Source: a bacterium
GTDB lineage: Bacteria; Patescibacteriota; JABMPQ01; JAUVWW01
Direction: 5' to 3'
Assembly: GCA_030603885.1 (NCBI GenBank)
Contig: JAUVWW010000003.1
Span: 13,223-77,222, forward strand
DNA: 64,000 nt
In this document: positions 48,664-61,158 of the stretch, piece by piece
How positions within the stretch are numbered: position 1 is the first letter of the stretch
How the letters are laid out: each line of letters opens with the position of its first letter
Translations under genes and position numbers: made by a program
Notes under the pieces: generated by a model
Told to the model about the DNA's origin: nothing
The model's input: the letters and a program-made list of their open reading frames with translations, nothing else
Databases searched by the model: none

Positions 48664-49203
48664 ATGAAGGTTCCAACAGCATTAATCATTGGCCTGCTTA
48701 TTGTGGCAGTAATTGTGGCAGCCTATTTTATCCTTATGCCTAAATATAATAACTTGAAAGATCTAGGGGCCCAAGTCAAAGAGAAAGAACAAACATTAGC
48801 CAGTAAGCAAAAAACATGGGAAGATCTTAAAGAGTTAGAAGAAAACTATAATCGAGCCAAGGTAAAAGTAAAGGACATTCCCGATGTTTTACCTAAAGAA
48901 GAAGAAATTCCAGAGCTGCTCATTCAGCTTGAAGCTTTGGCTAAAGAAAATAATATGGGTCTGGCTTCTATTAATGTAATTCCGGGGGCAGAGACAGAGG
49001 AAGCTTTATATAAAAGTCTAAATATTTCTATCGGTGTAGCTGGCTCATATTCTAATCTCAAAAAATACCTGGATTCCGTAGAGAAGAATATGCGTATTAT
49101 GGATGTAACTTCCATTGATTTTTCAGCTACTCCAGTGGTTGAAGAAGGACCACTTGATATATTTTCCTATACTGTGAATATGCGAACCTACTATATAGAG
49201 TAA
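48664..49203 (+). CDS. pilO: PilO-like pilus assembly protein
   Basis: ORF 179 aa with an N-terminal TM helix and coiled coil. Confidence 0.5.
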   Translation: MKVPTALIIGLLIVAVIVAAYFILMPKYNNLKDLGAQVKEKEQTLASKQKTWEDLKELEENYNRAKVKVKDIPDVLPKEEEIPELLIQLEALAKENNMGLASINVIPGAETEEALYKSLNISIGVAGSYSNLKKYLDSVEKNMRIMDVTSIDFSATPVVEEGPLDIFSYTVNMRTYYIE

Positions 49204-49270
49204 CAGCTTATAGTAAATAGCTTTTAGCAGAAGAGCTACTAGTCATTAGCTATAAGCCATAAGCTAAATC

Positions 49271-49600
49271 ATGGCAATAACACAAGGAAAAGGAGGAAAG
49301 AGACAATTGTTGTTGATTATTGTGCTGGTAATTATAGCAGTGATTGTTGGTGTTTATCTATATTCCACTCGGAGACCAGCTCCTGAGGCTGTGCCTACTG
49401 AGCGAGTCGCAGCTCCTGAGGCTGTAGTTCCTGGGGTCGCAGCTCCTGCTGCGCGCGTAAGGCCGGAAGCATTATCTTCAGAAAGAATTACCAAGATCAT
49501 TAGTAGTCTTGAGAAATTAGATTTGGTTTTGCATGGGGAGTTACCTATTGAAGTGGATCCAAAAGAAATAGGAAGAGCTAATCCTTTTGTTGCGCTATAA
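49271..49600 (+). CDS. Small TM protein in the pilus operon (possibly PilP-like)
   Basis: ORF 109 aa. It contains a 17-nt direct DNA repeat (gcagctcctgaggctgt, twice). Confidence 0.35.
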   Translation: MAITQGKGGKRQLLLIIVLVIIAVIVGVYLYSTRRPAPEAVPTERVAAPEAVVPGVAAPAARVRPEALSSERITKIISSLEKLDLVLHGELPIEVDPKEIGRANPFVAL

Positions 49601-49643
49601 CACTACGCCATGACACGCCTTTTATTTACGCCTAAATAACGCC

Positions 49644-51395
49644 ATGGCGTTTATAATGGCATCTAATGGCGTTTATAATATGCCTCAAAATATAGCCGAT
49701 ATTTTATTTAAAGAAGGCAAAATTACCAAAGAGCAGTATGATTCTTTTTTAGCTGAGGCTGAGCGTACCAAAAATCCAGTCTATTCTATTGTGGCAAGAA
49801 GTGGAGCGGTTTCTGAGGAGGATCTAGTTCAAGCTCGGGCTAAAATTTTAGATATTCCCTACATAGACTTAAGAGAGAAGAGAATCCCCGAAAATGCTTT
49901 AACTTTGGTTTCTGAGAAAACAGCAGAGGCCTATTCATTTATTCCCTTTGAAATAAAAGATGGTATCTTAAAGATAGCCATGGTTGACCCAGAGGATTTT
50001 AAAGCCCTGGAGGCCTGTGAGTTTGTTGCCAAAAGAAAGAACCTTAGGCCTGATATTTATATTACTACTTCAGGTAGTTTTGAGGATGCTTTTAGACAAT
50101 ATGGAGGACTGAGGGAAGAGGTAAGAGAGGCCTTAAGAGAGGCAGAGGCTGAAGTACCAGAGGAAGTACCCAAAAAATTAGAGGCAAGAGAAGTAGAAAA
50201 GATTATTGAAGAGGCACCAGTGGCCAAAGCAGTGGCCGTCATTCTAAAACATGCTGTGGATGGCCGAGCCTCGGATATACACATCGAACCTCTTGAGGAA
50301 CAAACCAGGATAAGATATAGAATAGACGGGGTACTGAAGAGCACTTTAATGATGCCTAAAAGAATTCATCCTGCAGTGGTGGCTCGAATAAAAGTTCTTT
50401 CTAATTTGAAAATAGATGAGACTAGAATTCCTCAAGATGGCAAATTTAGACAAAAAATAGTAGGCAAGAAGATTGACTTTAGAGTTGCCTGCATGCCTCA
50501 AACTGAAGGAGAAAAAGTAGAAATAAGAATTCTGGAAGTAGGTGCTAAAGCTCCTTCCTTGGAGGAGTTGGGACTTGGGGGAAAAAGCCTAACACTAGTT
50601 GAAAGATACATAGAGCGACCCTTTGGTATGATTATTGTTTGTGGTCCTACTGGATCTGGAAAATCTACTACTTTGTATGCTGGCCTTTCTATTTTAAATA
50701 AAATGGGAGTAAATATTGTTACTATTGAAGATCCGGTAGAGTACTTTATTCCTGGAGTAAATCAGACTCAAGTGCGCCCAGGGTTGGGGCTAGATTTTGC
50801 CTCAGGTTTAAGATCTATTTTAAGACAAGATCCCGACATTATTATGGTGGGAGAGATAAGAGACAAAGAGACAGCTGCTATTTCTGTTCATGCTGCCCTG
50901 ACTGGTCATCTAATTCTCTCCACTTTACATACCAATACTGCTTGCGGAGCTATTCCTAGGCTGATCGATATGGGGGTTGAGCCATTTCTTTTGAATGCTT
51001 GTCTAAATTTAATCGCTGCCCAAAGATTAGTGAGAAAAATTTGTGAGCATTGCAGAAAAGAGGTTAAATTGTCTTCTAAGATAAAAGAGGAAATAGAAAA
51101 ACAGCTTGCTCAAATTCCAGAAGAAGAAAAGAAAAATATTCCTAAAGAAATAAAAATATATAAAGGAGAAGGCTGTAAATATTGTGGTAGGGAAGGATAT
51201 AAAGGTAGAATAGCTATTTTTGAAGTGCTGGAAATAACGCCTGAAGTGCGAGAAATAATAGCTCGTCAGCCTTCCATAGATAAAATTCGCGAAGAAGCCA
51301 GGAGGCAAAAAATGATAACTATGGAACAAGATGGGATTTTGAAGATGCTACGTGGGATTACTACTTATGAGGAAGTGTTAAGAGTAACACAGTAA
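49644..51395 (+). CDS. pilB: Type IV pilus assembly ATPase PilB/GspE
   Basis: ORF 583 aa with Walker A GPTGSGKST and a tetracysteine motif. Confidence 0.9.
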   Translation: MAFIMASNGVYNMPQNIADILFKEGKITKEQYDSFLAEAERTKNPVYSIVARSGAVSEEDLVQARAKILDIPYIDLREKRIPENALTLVSEKTAEAYSFIPFEIKDGILKIAMVDPEDFKALEACEFVAKRKNLRPDIYITTSGSFEDAFRQYGGLREEVREALREAEAEVPEEVPKKLEAREVEKIIEEAPVAKAVAVILKHAVDGRASDIHIEPLEEQTRIRYRIDGVLKSTLMMPKRIHPAVVARIKVLSNLKIDETRIPQDGKFRQKIVGKKIDFRVACMPQTEGEKVEIRILEVGAKAPSLEELGLGGKSLTLVERYIERPFGMIIVCGPTGSGKSTTLYAGLSILNKMGVNIVTIEDPVEYFIPGVNQTQVRPGLGLDFASGLRSILRQDPDIIMVGEIRDKETAAISVHAALTGHLILSTLHTNTACGAIPRLIDMGVEPFLLNACLNLIAAQRLVRKICEHCRKEVKLSSKIKEEIEKQLAQIPEEEKKNIPKEIKIYKGEGCKYCGREGYKGRIAIFEVLEITPEVREIIARQPSIDKIREEARRQKMITMEQDGILKMLRGITTYEEVLRVTQ

Positions 51396-51438
51396 TAAAA
51401 GACCTCGGGTCTTTAGATATCGATAACTTAAATTAAAT

Positions 51439-51825
51439 ATGGAAAAGGAAAAAAAGACAAAGATTCTCATTATTGAAGATGATCCTTTTCTGTCTTCGAT
51501 GTATATAACTAAGTTAGAAAAAAGTGGCTATGAGACTTTGGCTTGTGAGGATGGCCAAAAAGGATGGGAATTAGTTCAGGAAGAGAAGCCAGATCTGGTT
51601 CTTTTAGACATTCTTCTTCCCAAGATGTCTGGCTTTGAGGTGCTAAAACGGATGAGAGCTTCATCCAAGCTCAAGGACATCCCTGTTATTCTGCTTACTA
51701 ATTTAGGACAGAAATCAGATATTGACGAAGGTTTAAAGTTAGGAGCAGTTGATTATCTAATTAAAGCCCACTTTACACCGACTGAGGTGGTTAAAAAGAT
51801 AGAGAAAGCATTGAAAACTTTATAA
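51439..51825 (+). CDS. CheY-like response regulator receiver protein
   Basis: ORF 128 aa with DD...D...K receiver residues. Confidence 0.8.
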   Translation: MEKEKKTKILIIEDDPFLSSMYITKLEKSGYETLACEDGQKGWELVQEEKPDLVLLDILLPKMSGFEVLKRMRASSKLKDIPVILLTNLGQKSDIDEGLKLGAVDYLIKAHFTPTEVVKKIEKALKTL

Positions 51826-51866
51826 CTAACAGCTAACAACTATCGACAATCGACATAAGTTGGAAG

Positions 51867-52979
51867 TTGATAGTCGAAAGTTGTAAGTTTATCATGGAGA
51901 AATACGAAAGTGCCAGGCTGGAGCTAGAGCGGCTTCTTTCTATCTGTGCTAAAAGAGAAGCCTCTGATTTGCATTTGTCATGTGGAAAGCCTCCCCTTTT
52001 GCGTATTGAAGGAAGACTGACTCCTATAGAGAAAGAAGAGATCCCGAGTCCAGAAAAAACAGAGAGCCTAATTTTGGCTCTAATGAATGAAGCACAGAAA
52101 GAAAAATACCTTACAGAAAAAGAAATAGATTTTTCCTTTGCCTTTGGAGAACAAGCTAGATTTAGGGTCAATGCCTATCATGAAAAAGGTCACAAAGCTT
52201 GTGCCCTGAGACTCATTCCTTTACAGATAAAGACATTAAAAGAGCTGGGTTTGCCTGAGACATTGAAAGAATTCTGCAAGGCTAAACAAGGTTTTGTTCT
52301 TGTAGTGGGTCCTGCTGGCCATGGAAAATCTACTACCTTGGCTTGTATGATTGATATTATTAATCATGAAAGAGCCGAGCATATTATTACTATCGAAGAT
52401 CCTATTGAATATTTGTTTATAGAGGACAAAAGCTTAATAGAGCAAAGAGAAGTCTATGCCGATACCAATTCTTTTTCTCGAGCCCTAAAGTCTGTTCTTA
52501 GAGAAGATCCTAATGTGGTTATGATTGGAGAGATGAGAGATCTTGAGACTATATCTTCGGCTCTAACTGTGGCTGAAACAGGACATTTAGTTTTTTCAAC
52601 TCTACATACTAATAATGCCCCTCAAACCATAGATCGAATAGTGGATGTTTTTCCTCCTTTTCAACAAAGACAGATAAGGGTTCAGTTAGCCAACAATTTA
52701 CTGGCCATTATTTCACAAAGACTTATTACTAGAATTGGCGGAGGCCTGGTGGTAGTAGTTGAGGTAATGAAGAATATTCCGGCAGTAGCCTCTCTTATTA
52801 GAGAAGGAAAGACCTATCAATTAGATTCTGTTATTCAGACCTCAGCTGAAGAAGGAATGATCCCTTTAGATAAATCACTAGCTGAGCTGACCAAAGCTGG
52901 AGTAATTCGCTTTGAAGATGCCCTGGCCTATGCCAATAATAAAAAGGGATTTAGGATGATGATGGGGGAATCGATTTAA
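51867..52979 (+). CDS. pilT: Twitching motility (pilus retraction) ATPase PilT
   Basis: ORF 370 aa with GPAGHGKSTT. Confidence 0.85.
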   Translation: MIVESCKFIMEKYESARLELERLLSICAKREASDLHLSCGKPPLLRIEGRLTPIEKEEIPSPEKTESLILALMNEAQKEKYLTEKEIDFSFAFGEQARFRVNAYHEKGHKACALRLIPLQIKTLKELGLPETLKEFCKAKQGFVLVVGPAGHGKSTTLACMIDIINHERAEHIITIEDPIEYLFIEDKSLIEQREVYADTNSFSRALKSVLREDPNVVMIGEMRDLETISSALTVAETGHLVFSTLHTNNAPQTIDRIVDVFPPFQQRQIRVQLANNLLAIISQRLITRIGGGLVVVVEVMKNIPAVASLIREGKTYQLDSVIQTSAEEGMIPLDKSLAELTKAGVIRFEDALAYANNKKGFRMMMGESI

Positions 52980-52989
52980 TATTAAATAT

Positions 52990-54180
52990 ATGCCACTTTT
53001 TGAGTATCGAGCTCGCGATAAAACAGGAAAAGTAGTTATAGGAACAGTAGAAGCCACAGGTAAAAAGACTGCTGTGGAGACTTTGCGTAAGCATGATTTG
53101 GTAATTATCTCAATAGAGTTAAAAAGAAAAATTGAAATTATCCCAGCTCGGGTATCTAGAAAAGATTTAGTAGTTATGTCAAGACAGCTAGCTACCATGT
53201 TAGAAGCTGGTCTTCCCATTGTTATAGCCCTAAAGACCCTGGTAAGACAGACAGAGAATCCTAAGTTGAAAGATGTTCTCACTGATGTGGCTGCTTCTGT
53301 CGAAGGGGGAACAAAGCTTTCTTTAGCTTTGGCTGCTTATCCTAAGGCTTTCTCTAATTATTTTGTTAGTTTAGTAAAAACAGGAGAAACTACTGGACAG
53401 TTGGATAAAGTGCTTTTAGTCCTAGCTGATCAGCAGGAAAAAGACTACACTCTAATTTCTGAAATCCGAGGAGCCCTGATGTATCCTATCTTTATTGTTG
53501 TGGGACTTTTTGTAGTTGGTCTTTTAATGATTGTCATGGTTATACCTCAATTGACAGCTATTTTAGAAGAAGCGGGTCAAGAACTTCCTATAGCTACCAG
53601 AATGTTAATTGGAACTTCAAACTTTCTAACAAGCTATTGGTGGCTGGTCTTAATTGTTATTTTAGGTATAATATTAGCTGTCCGTTCCTATGTTCAAACA
53701 GAAGAAGGAAGAAAATGGTGGGATGGACTAAAACTTAGACTTCCTTTGGTTGGAGATCTTTTTAGAAAAATATACGTAGCTAGATTTGCTGGTTCTCTTT
53801 CTGGCTTAATTATCGGAGGAACTCCTATTGTTGAGGCTCTAAAGATAGCTGGAGATGTCACTGGTTCTGAAATTTATAAGGAAGTATTTTATGAGACCTC
53901 AGATGCTGTCAGAGGAGGAAAACCCATAACCTCTGTCATAGAAAAAAGAGAGGAGGTTCCACCTATGGTGGCTAACATGATGGCTGTGGGAGAGAAAACA
54001 GGAAAATTAGGAGAGATTCTCTTGGTAGTAAACAATTTCTACACCAAAGAAGTAGATACATCACTTAAGGGTTTAGTAAGGTTGATAGAACCAGCCGTTA
54101 TGATTATTATGGGAATTGCCGTGGGAATTATGGTAGCAGCAATAATCATGCCCATGTACAATTTGGCAGGAGCCATGTAA
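52990..54180 (+). CDS. pilC: Type IV pilus platform protein PilC (GspF family)
   Basis: ORF 396 aa with two GspF repeats. Confidence 0.85.
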   Translation: MPLFEYRARDKTGKVVIGTVEATGKKTAVETLRKHDLVIISIELKRKIEIIPARVSRKDLVVMSRQLATMLEAGLPIVIALKTLVRQTENPKLKDVLTDVAASVEGGTKLSLALAAYPKAFSNYFVSLVKTGETTGQLDKVLLVLADQQEKDYTLISEIRGALMYPIFIVVGLFVVGLLMIVMVIPQLTAILEEAGQELPIATRMLIGTSNFLTSYWWLVLIVILGIILAVRSYVQTEEGRKWWDGLKLRLPLVGDLFRKIYVARFAGSLSGLIIGGTPIVEALKIAGDVTGSEIYKEVFYETSDAVRGGKPITSVIEKREEVPPMVANMMAVGEKTGKLGEILLVVNNFYTKEVDTSLKGLVRLIEPAVMIIMGIAVGIMVAAIIMPMYNLAGAM

Positions 54181-54231
54181 GCAACTAATAACCACCAACT
54201 GTAATTAAATAACTAATTAAAAGGAGAAAAC

Positions 54232-54702
54232 ATGTCCAAACTAAACAAAATAAAAAAAGGTTTTACTTTAATCGAGCTTTTGGTAGTCATCGCCATTATC
54301 GGTATTTTGGCTACTTTGGTCTTGGTAGCTTTGGGGGGTGCCCGAACTAGAGCCAGGGATGCAAGAAGAAGTTCAAATATGAATCAAATTGCTTTGGCTA
54401 TGGAGATGTATTATGACGAAGATCAAAAGTATCTGGATACCTCTTCAGTGCCCACTAGTATTGGTACTTATATGGTATCAGTGCCTAAGGATTTACTAAC
54501 CGATAATAACTACGCATGGTCTAATAATACAGGTGCAGGCCCTAATGGTGAAGCTGGATTGCAATGGTATTGTATTTCTGCTGAGCTAGAAGAAGATGTA
54601 AATGGGGACAATAACCTAGATAATGATTACTTCAGATGCGATAGCAATGGATGTAGAGAAACTACCAATGTTTGTCCATCGTCCACAGCTGAAAGTCTAT
54701 AG
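54232..54702 (+). CDS. pilA: Type IV pilin (class III signal KGFTLIELLVVIAIIGILA)
   Basis: Prepilin cleavage/methylation motif with Glu at +5. Confidence 0.85.
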   Translation: MSKLNKIKKGFTLIELLVVIAIIGILATLVLVALGGARTRARDARRSSNMNQIALAMEMYYDEDQKYLDTSSVPTSIGTYMVSVPKDLLTDNNYAWSNNTGAGPNGEAGLQWYCISAELEEDVNGDNNLDNDYFRCDSNGCRETTNVCPSSTAESL

Positions 54703-54770
54703 AGGATTTAGTTAATCAGTAAAAAATATAATTCATAATTCTAAATTCTATCGAAGGGAGGTGAATAAAA

Positions 54771-55187
54771 ATGCGAAAAAAAGGTTTTACTTTAATCGAA
54801 CTTCTGGTTGTCATCGCCATTATCGGTATTTTGGCTACTTTGGTTTTGGTGGCTTTAGGTAACGCTAGGAGAAGAGCCAGAGACGCCAGAAGACAATCAG
54901 ATATGAATCAGATTGCTTTGGCTATGGAAATGTGCTATGAGGAGGAACAGCAATATATACTAATTGGAACGGAACCACCTACTTCTATTGCTGTTGGTGG
55001 AGTAACTTGTATGAAAGATGTTCCAGATGATCCTGGTTCTGCCAGAGTTTATACCTGGAGTAACAATTCAACTGCTCGTCAGACATACTGCGTGAGTGCT
55101 GATTTAGAAGATGGTGGCTATTTTATGTGTACTCAGGAAGGATGTAGAGAGGAAACTACTGCATGTGATATTAGCTCTACCCCCTGA
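54771..55187 (+). CDS. Type IV pilin, second paralog
   Basis: MRKKGFTLIELLVVIAIIGILA. The N-terminus is nearly identical to the previous pilin. Confidence 0.85.
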   Translation: MRKKGFTLIELLVVIAIIGILATLVLVALGNARRRARDARRQSDMNQIALAMEMCYEEEQQYILIGTEPPTSIAVGGVTCMKDVPDDPGSARVYTWSNNSTARQTYCVSADLEDGGYFMCTQEGCREETTACDISSTP

Positions 55188-55351
55188 TGGTACTCTCTGT
55201 TGTCTAGGTAAGCACTGTTCTCTAAATCGCTAGTTTAATTGAAGTCTTCTGTAAACCTAAAAATGGTTTTTATTGGATTATTAGCTTATTATACATCATA
55301 CTTTAAGCTTGGGATAAATATAAAAATAAAATAAGACAATTTTATATTTTT

Positions 55352-56167
55352 ATGTTTTTATATTTTTATGTTTTTATATTTGTATTTGGCCTTTGTCTAG
55401 GCAGCTTCTTAAATACGGTTATTTATAGACTCAAAACAGGCGAGTCTATTTTATTTTTAAGATCCCATTGTCCTTCATGCAAGCATACTTTAGGATTTTT
55501 TGATTTGATTCCTCTTTTTTCTTTTATTTTTCTTGGGGGAAGATGTCGATATTGTAAAAAGAAAATCTCTTGGCAATATCCTATGGTAGAATTAGCCACA
55601 GGAATATTGTTTGTCTTGTTTAGCTATCTAGCTAAACTACCTAGCTATCTAATAATGGAGCAGTTGAGCCTTGGCTGGTTTCTGGCTAGTTTAGTACTTA
55701 ACTTTTTTCTTATTAGTATCTTGATTATCATTTTTGTCTATGATTTAAAACATTCAATTATTCCAGACAAAGTAGTTTGGCCAGGGGTAGTGGTAGTTTT
55801 TATGGCCTATTTATTTTCTGAATTTTCTCAATACTCAATACTCAATACTCAGTATCTAATACTTGCTGCAGCCTTAGCCGGTGGCTTTTTTCTAATCTTA
55901 GTTCTTGTTTCTCGCGAAAAATGGATGGGCTGGGGGGATGTAAAATTAGGAATATTAATAGGCCTTATTTTAGGTTGGCCTAATATTTTGGTAGCCTTGT
56001 TTTTAGCTTTTGTCTCTGGAGCCATTGTTGGGGGAGGCTTAGTTTTAGCCAAAAAGAAAACCCTAAAGAGTCAGATTCCCTTTGGTCCATTTTTATGTGG
56101 ATCTACTATAGTGGCCATCTTAGTGGGAGAGAAGATTTTGGATTGGTACCTTGGATTGCTTGGATAG
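55352..56167 (+). CDS. pilD: Prepilin peptidase PilD (A24 family)
   Basis: N-terminal CPSC...CRYC zinc motif. A 16-nt tandem repeat (atgtttttatattttt) sits at the annotated start. Confidence 0.8.
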   Translation: MFLYFYVFIFVFGLCLGSFLNTVIYRLKTGESILFLRSHCPSCKHTLGFFDLIPLFSFIFLGGRCRYCKKKISWQYPMVELATGILFVLFSYLAKLPSYLIMEQLSLGWFLASLVLNFFLISILIIIFVYDLKHSIIPDKVVWPGVVVVFMAYLFSEFSQYSILNTQYLILAAALAGGFFLILVLVSREKWMGWGDVKLGILIGLILGWPNILVALFLAFVSGAIVGGGLVLAKKKTLKSQIPFGPFLCGSTIVAILVGEKILDWYLGLLG

Positions 56168-56271
56168 TTCCTCTTTAAAATAGCCAGCCCAAGCTAGCCT
56201 AAAGACATATTTCAATTAGTTTCTATTTGTGCTAAAATAAAAATAGAAATAGAGCTTTTAAGGTTAAATTC

Positions 56272-56883
56272 GTGAATATTCGTGGTAAATTAGTGAAAAT
56301 TTGCAAGAAGCAGGGTTTTACCATTATCGAACTCATCATTGCCATTGCTATTGTAGCTTTAATTACGGGCATAGTTTTAGCTAACTATAGAGTAGGACAA
56401 AGACAGCAAACTATCCGAGCTGAAGCCCAGAAACTAGTCTCCACTTTAAGAAATGCTCAAAACATGGCTTTGGCAGGGAAAGTTCACAATACAGAGGTGC
56501 CTAAGTTTGGTTATGGGGTGTATATCGATGATACAAATAATAAATATACTTTATTTGCTAATTATTGTGAGCCAGATTATAAAGATTTTGTTTCCGAGGC
56601 TTGCCTAGACTACATGGATCAGGATATAGAGACTATGGATTTAACTTTAAAAAAAATTGATGTCGAAGTAGGTCTGGAGGATCCCACGCCTTCCAATTTC
56701 TACGATCCGGTGTTTGATTTTGAGCCGCCTAAAGCTTTACCTATTACTGTTTTTTATGGGCCTAAAGATGAGAGATACTCTCTTGATAGTAAAACAGTTT
56801 TAATTACCCTTACGTTAGAAGGTACTAGTTTAGAAAGAATAGTAAGAGTCAATGCTTCTACAGGACAGATCAGTATGGATTAA
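56272..56883 (+). CDS. Minor pilin (prepilin-type N-terminus KKQGFTIIELIIAIA)
   Basis: Class III signal. Two in-frame GTG candidates, at 56272 and 56293. Confidence 0.65.
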   Translation: MNIRGKLVKICKKQGFTIIELIIAIAIVALITGIVLANYRVGQRQQTIRAEAQKLVSTLRNAQNMALAGKVHNTEVPKFGYGVYIDDTNNKYTLFANYCEPDYKDFVSEACLDYMDQDIETMDLTLKKIDVEVGLEDPTPSNFYDPVFDFEPPKALPITVFYGPKDERYSLDSKTVLITLTLEGTSLERIVRVNASTGQISMD

Positions 56884-56921
56884 TAAACTAAAGAATAATC
56901 TTACTAAGGATAAAAAAAATT

Positions 56922-57515
56922 GTGAAAATTGGTGGTAAATTTGTGAAAATTCGCGAAAAACAAAAAGGTCTTTCTCTCATCGAGATGACCATTGCTATTG
57001 CTATTTTAGTAGTGGCTCTCCTTTCTGCCCTGATTTTGGCTACTTTTGGTCTTGTGGCTGGGGGAGAAAGTCAAATGAGGGTAGTGGCTATTAATTTAGC
57101 CAGAGAAGGGGTGGAAGTAGTGAGGAATATTAGGGATTCAAATTGGCTAGCTGGGAATGATTGGACTAAGGACATTATTACTGGGAATTCTATTTCTATA
57201 TTCAACGTTACTAATAATAATTGGACTTTGGGAACAAATTCAAGTATTAGTAATCTGGTGATAGATCCAGAAAAACCAGAAACCATTCAAGATGCTTCAA
57301 CTCAAGTTCTTAAGGCGGATGAGTTGTACGTTCAACGTCTTCTTCATGTACCAGGTGAGATTAAAACAAATTTTTATCGTTTGATTAAAATAGTAGAAAT
57401 TACTTCCAAGATATCCCCTGACCACGAGCTCAAAGTCACTTGCTATGTTGTTTGGGAGGAACGGGGCCGATGGCATCTAGTAAATGTAGAAGACCATTTG
57501 TTCAATTGGTACTAA
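56922..57515 (+). CDS. Minor pilin (KQKGLSLIEMTIAIA)
   Basis: Class III signal. In-frame GTG candidates at 56922 and 56943. Confidence 0.65.
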   Translation: MKIGGKFVKIREKQKGLSLIEMTIAIAILVVALLSALILATFGLVAGGESQMRVVAINLAREGVEVVRNIRDSNWLAGNDWTKDIITGNSISIFNVTNNNWTLGTNSSISNLVIDPEKPETIQDASTQVLKADELYVQRLLHVPGEIKTNFYRLIKIVEITSKISPDHELKVTCYVVWEERGRWHLVNVEDHLFNWY

Positions 57516-57519
57516 AGAA

Positions 57520-58119
57520 ATGCAAGATCTAAAATTCAAAATTCAAAAAAGTAAAGGTTTTACCTTAATGGAAATGGTAGTTGCCGTTGCCATATTTATC
57601 ATTGTCATGACTGCCGTCATTGGAGTATTTATTGCTATTTTGAGAGTTCAGAGAAGAACTCAAGCCATGCAAGTTACTCAGCAAGATGCCAGATGGGCTA
57701 TGGAGACAGTGGCTAGGTATGCCAGAATGAATAAAATAAGATATTGTGGTGAAAACTATTGTCATTGTGATGGTATAAATACCCCATGCCCTATGGTTGC
57801 AGATCACCCCGAATCTGATAAATTTATTGAGGCTGAAGCTCTCTATTTAGAAGGTGCCTACTTTAAAAGATCGGATGATAAATTAGAAATGAGCACTGAT
57901 GGGGGTACAACTTGGTCTAATATTACCCCAGCCAAAGTTAGCCTTGAAGATTTGAAATTTTATATTTATCCCTACAAAAATCCCTACGAAAGTGGCGGCC
58001 CAGACGAACAATCTCGAATAACTATACTTATGAAAACAAAAAGTATTGGTGCTAAACCAGAAGAGGAAGTAGTGATAAATTTACAGACAACTATGTCAAC
58101 TAGAGCATATACAAGGTAG
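57520..58119 (+). CDS. Minor pilin (KSKGFTLMEMVVAVA)
   Basis: Class III signal. Confidence 0.65.
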   Translation: MQDLKFKIQKSKGFTLMEMVVAVAIFIIVMTAVIGVFIAILRVQRRTQAMQVTQQDARWAMETVARYARMNKIRYCGENYCHCDGINTPCPMVADHPESDKFIEAEALYLEGAYFKRSDDKLEMSTDGGTTWSNITPAKVSLEDLKFYIYPYKNPYESGGPDEQSRITILMKTKSIGAKPEEEVVINLQTTMSTRAYTR

Positions 58120-58139
58120 AAATCTGCTAATCTAAAAAT

Positions 58140-58949
58140 ATGAGTGATATTAACAATAAAAAAGGACAAGTAATTCTCGTCGCCCTTCTTATCATGGCCG
58201 TAGTTTTAGTAGTAGCTTTGGCCATTGGAACTTTGATGCTCCGAGAACTTCGAATGGCAGGTAATATTGATCGGTCAATAACTGCCTATTTTGCGGCTGA
58301 GAGTGGGTTGGAAGAGGAGCTCTGGAAAGCAAGAAAGAATCCTCCAATGGATGCTATTCCTTATGGAGAGGGTTTAGCTATTGAAGGAGCAAGGTGGGAT
58401 TTGACCAAAAGCGAAGCTCCAGAAGAAGAATTTGTTGAAAAAGTTCTAGTAAGAGACAAGTCAGAGCAGATTTATTTAAAATACGATCCTAGCGATCCAG
58501 AAAATATAAATAGATTTATGTTTGAAATGTGGTCATCACCCACTGCTTGGCTAGAGTATAAAGTAATAAGTTGGCCCACATATGATTCTACTGGAAAAAT
58601 TCCCCTTGATCCTAGTGAGGTGATAACTAAAGAAGGTTTGTGGGGAACATCAGATGTTCCAAATATCTGCATTAATTTAAATGAGGGGACTAGGCCTATC
58701 TATTACTACGATCATGTTTTCCGATTTAAGCCCCTTTATGCTGACGTTAGCTATACTCTAAAAGGATATAGTGATACATCGTGCACACCCGCAAACGAGG
58801 TAGGTATAAAAGGAGGAAAGCTAGAAATTACTTCTACTGGAACTTATAGTGCTACAAAACGAAGCCTTAGCATTGTTTTTTATCCCAAACCTCCCCTCCA
58901 CGGTATCTTTGATTATGTACTCTTTTCGGATGAGAGTATTGTCAAATAA
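58140..58949 (+). CDS. PilX-like minor pilin
   Basis: ORF 269 aa with N-terminus KKGQVILVALLIMAVV followed by AAESGLEE. Confidence 0.5.
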   Translation: MSDINNKKGQVILVALLIMAVVLVVALAIGTLMLRELRMAGNIDRSITAYFAAESGLEEELWKARKNPPMDAIPYGEGLAIEGARWDLTKSEAPEEEFVEKVLVRDKSEQIYLKYDPSDPENINRFMFEMWSSPTAWLEYKVISWPTYDSTGKIPLDPSEVITKEGLWGTSDVPNICINLNEGTRPIYYYDHVFRFKPLYADVSYTLKGYSDTSCTPANEVGIKGGKLEITSTGTYSATKRSLSIVFYPKPPLHGIFDYVLFSDESIVK

Positions 58950-58994
58950 AAACCATCAATTATCAATAGTCGAGAGTTGATTGTTGTTTATTAA

Positions 58995-61082
<2,088 letters not shown>

Positions 61083-61158
61083 TGGAGTGACAGACAAGAA
61101 TCTTTTATAAAAAAGAGCGCCTGCAACCTTTAATAGTCGCAGGCGGTTTTTTTCAGGT

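Noticed and set aside
55341-55383. 16-nt tandem repeat atgtttttatattttt at the pilD start, considered as a phase-variation tract
   Set aside because: There are only two copies, and the period is not a multiple of 3. The repeat lies inside the hydrophobic N-terminal coding sequence, so it is more likely a simple local duplication in AT-rich DNA.
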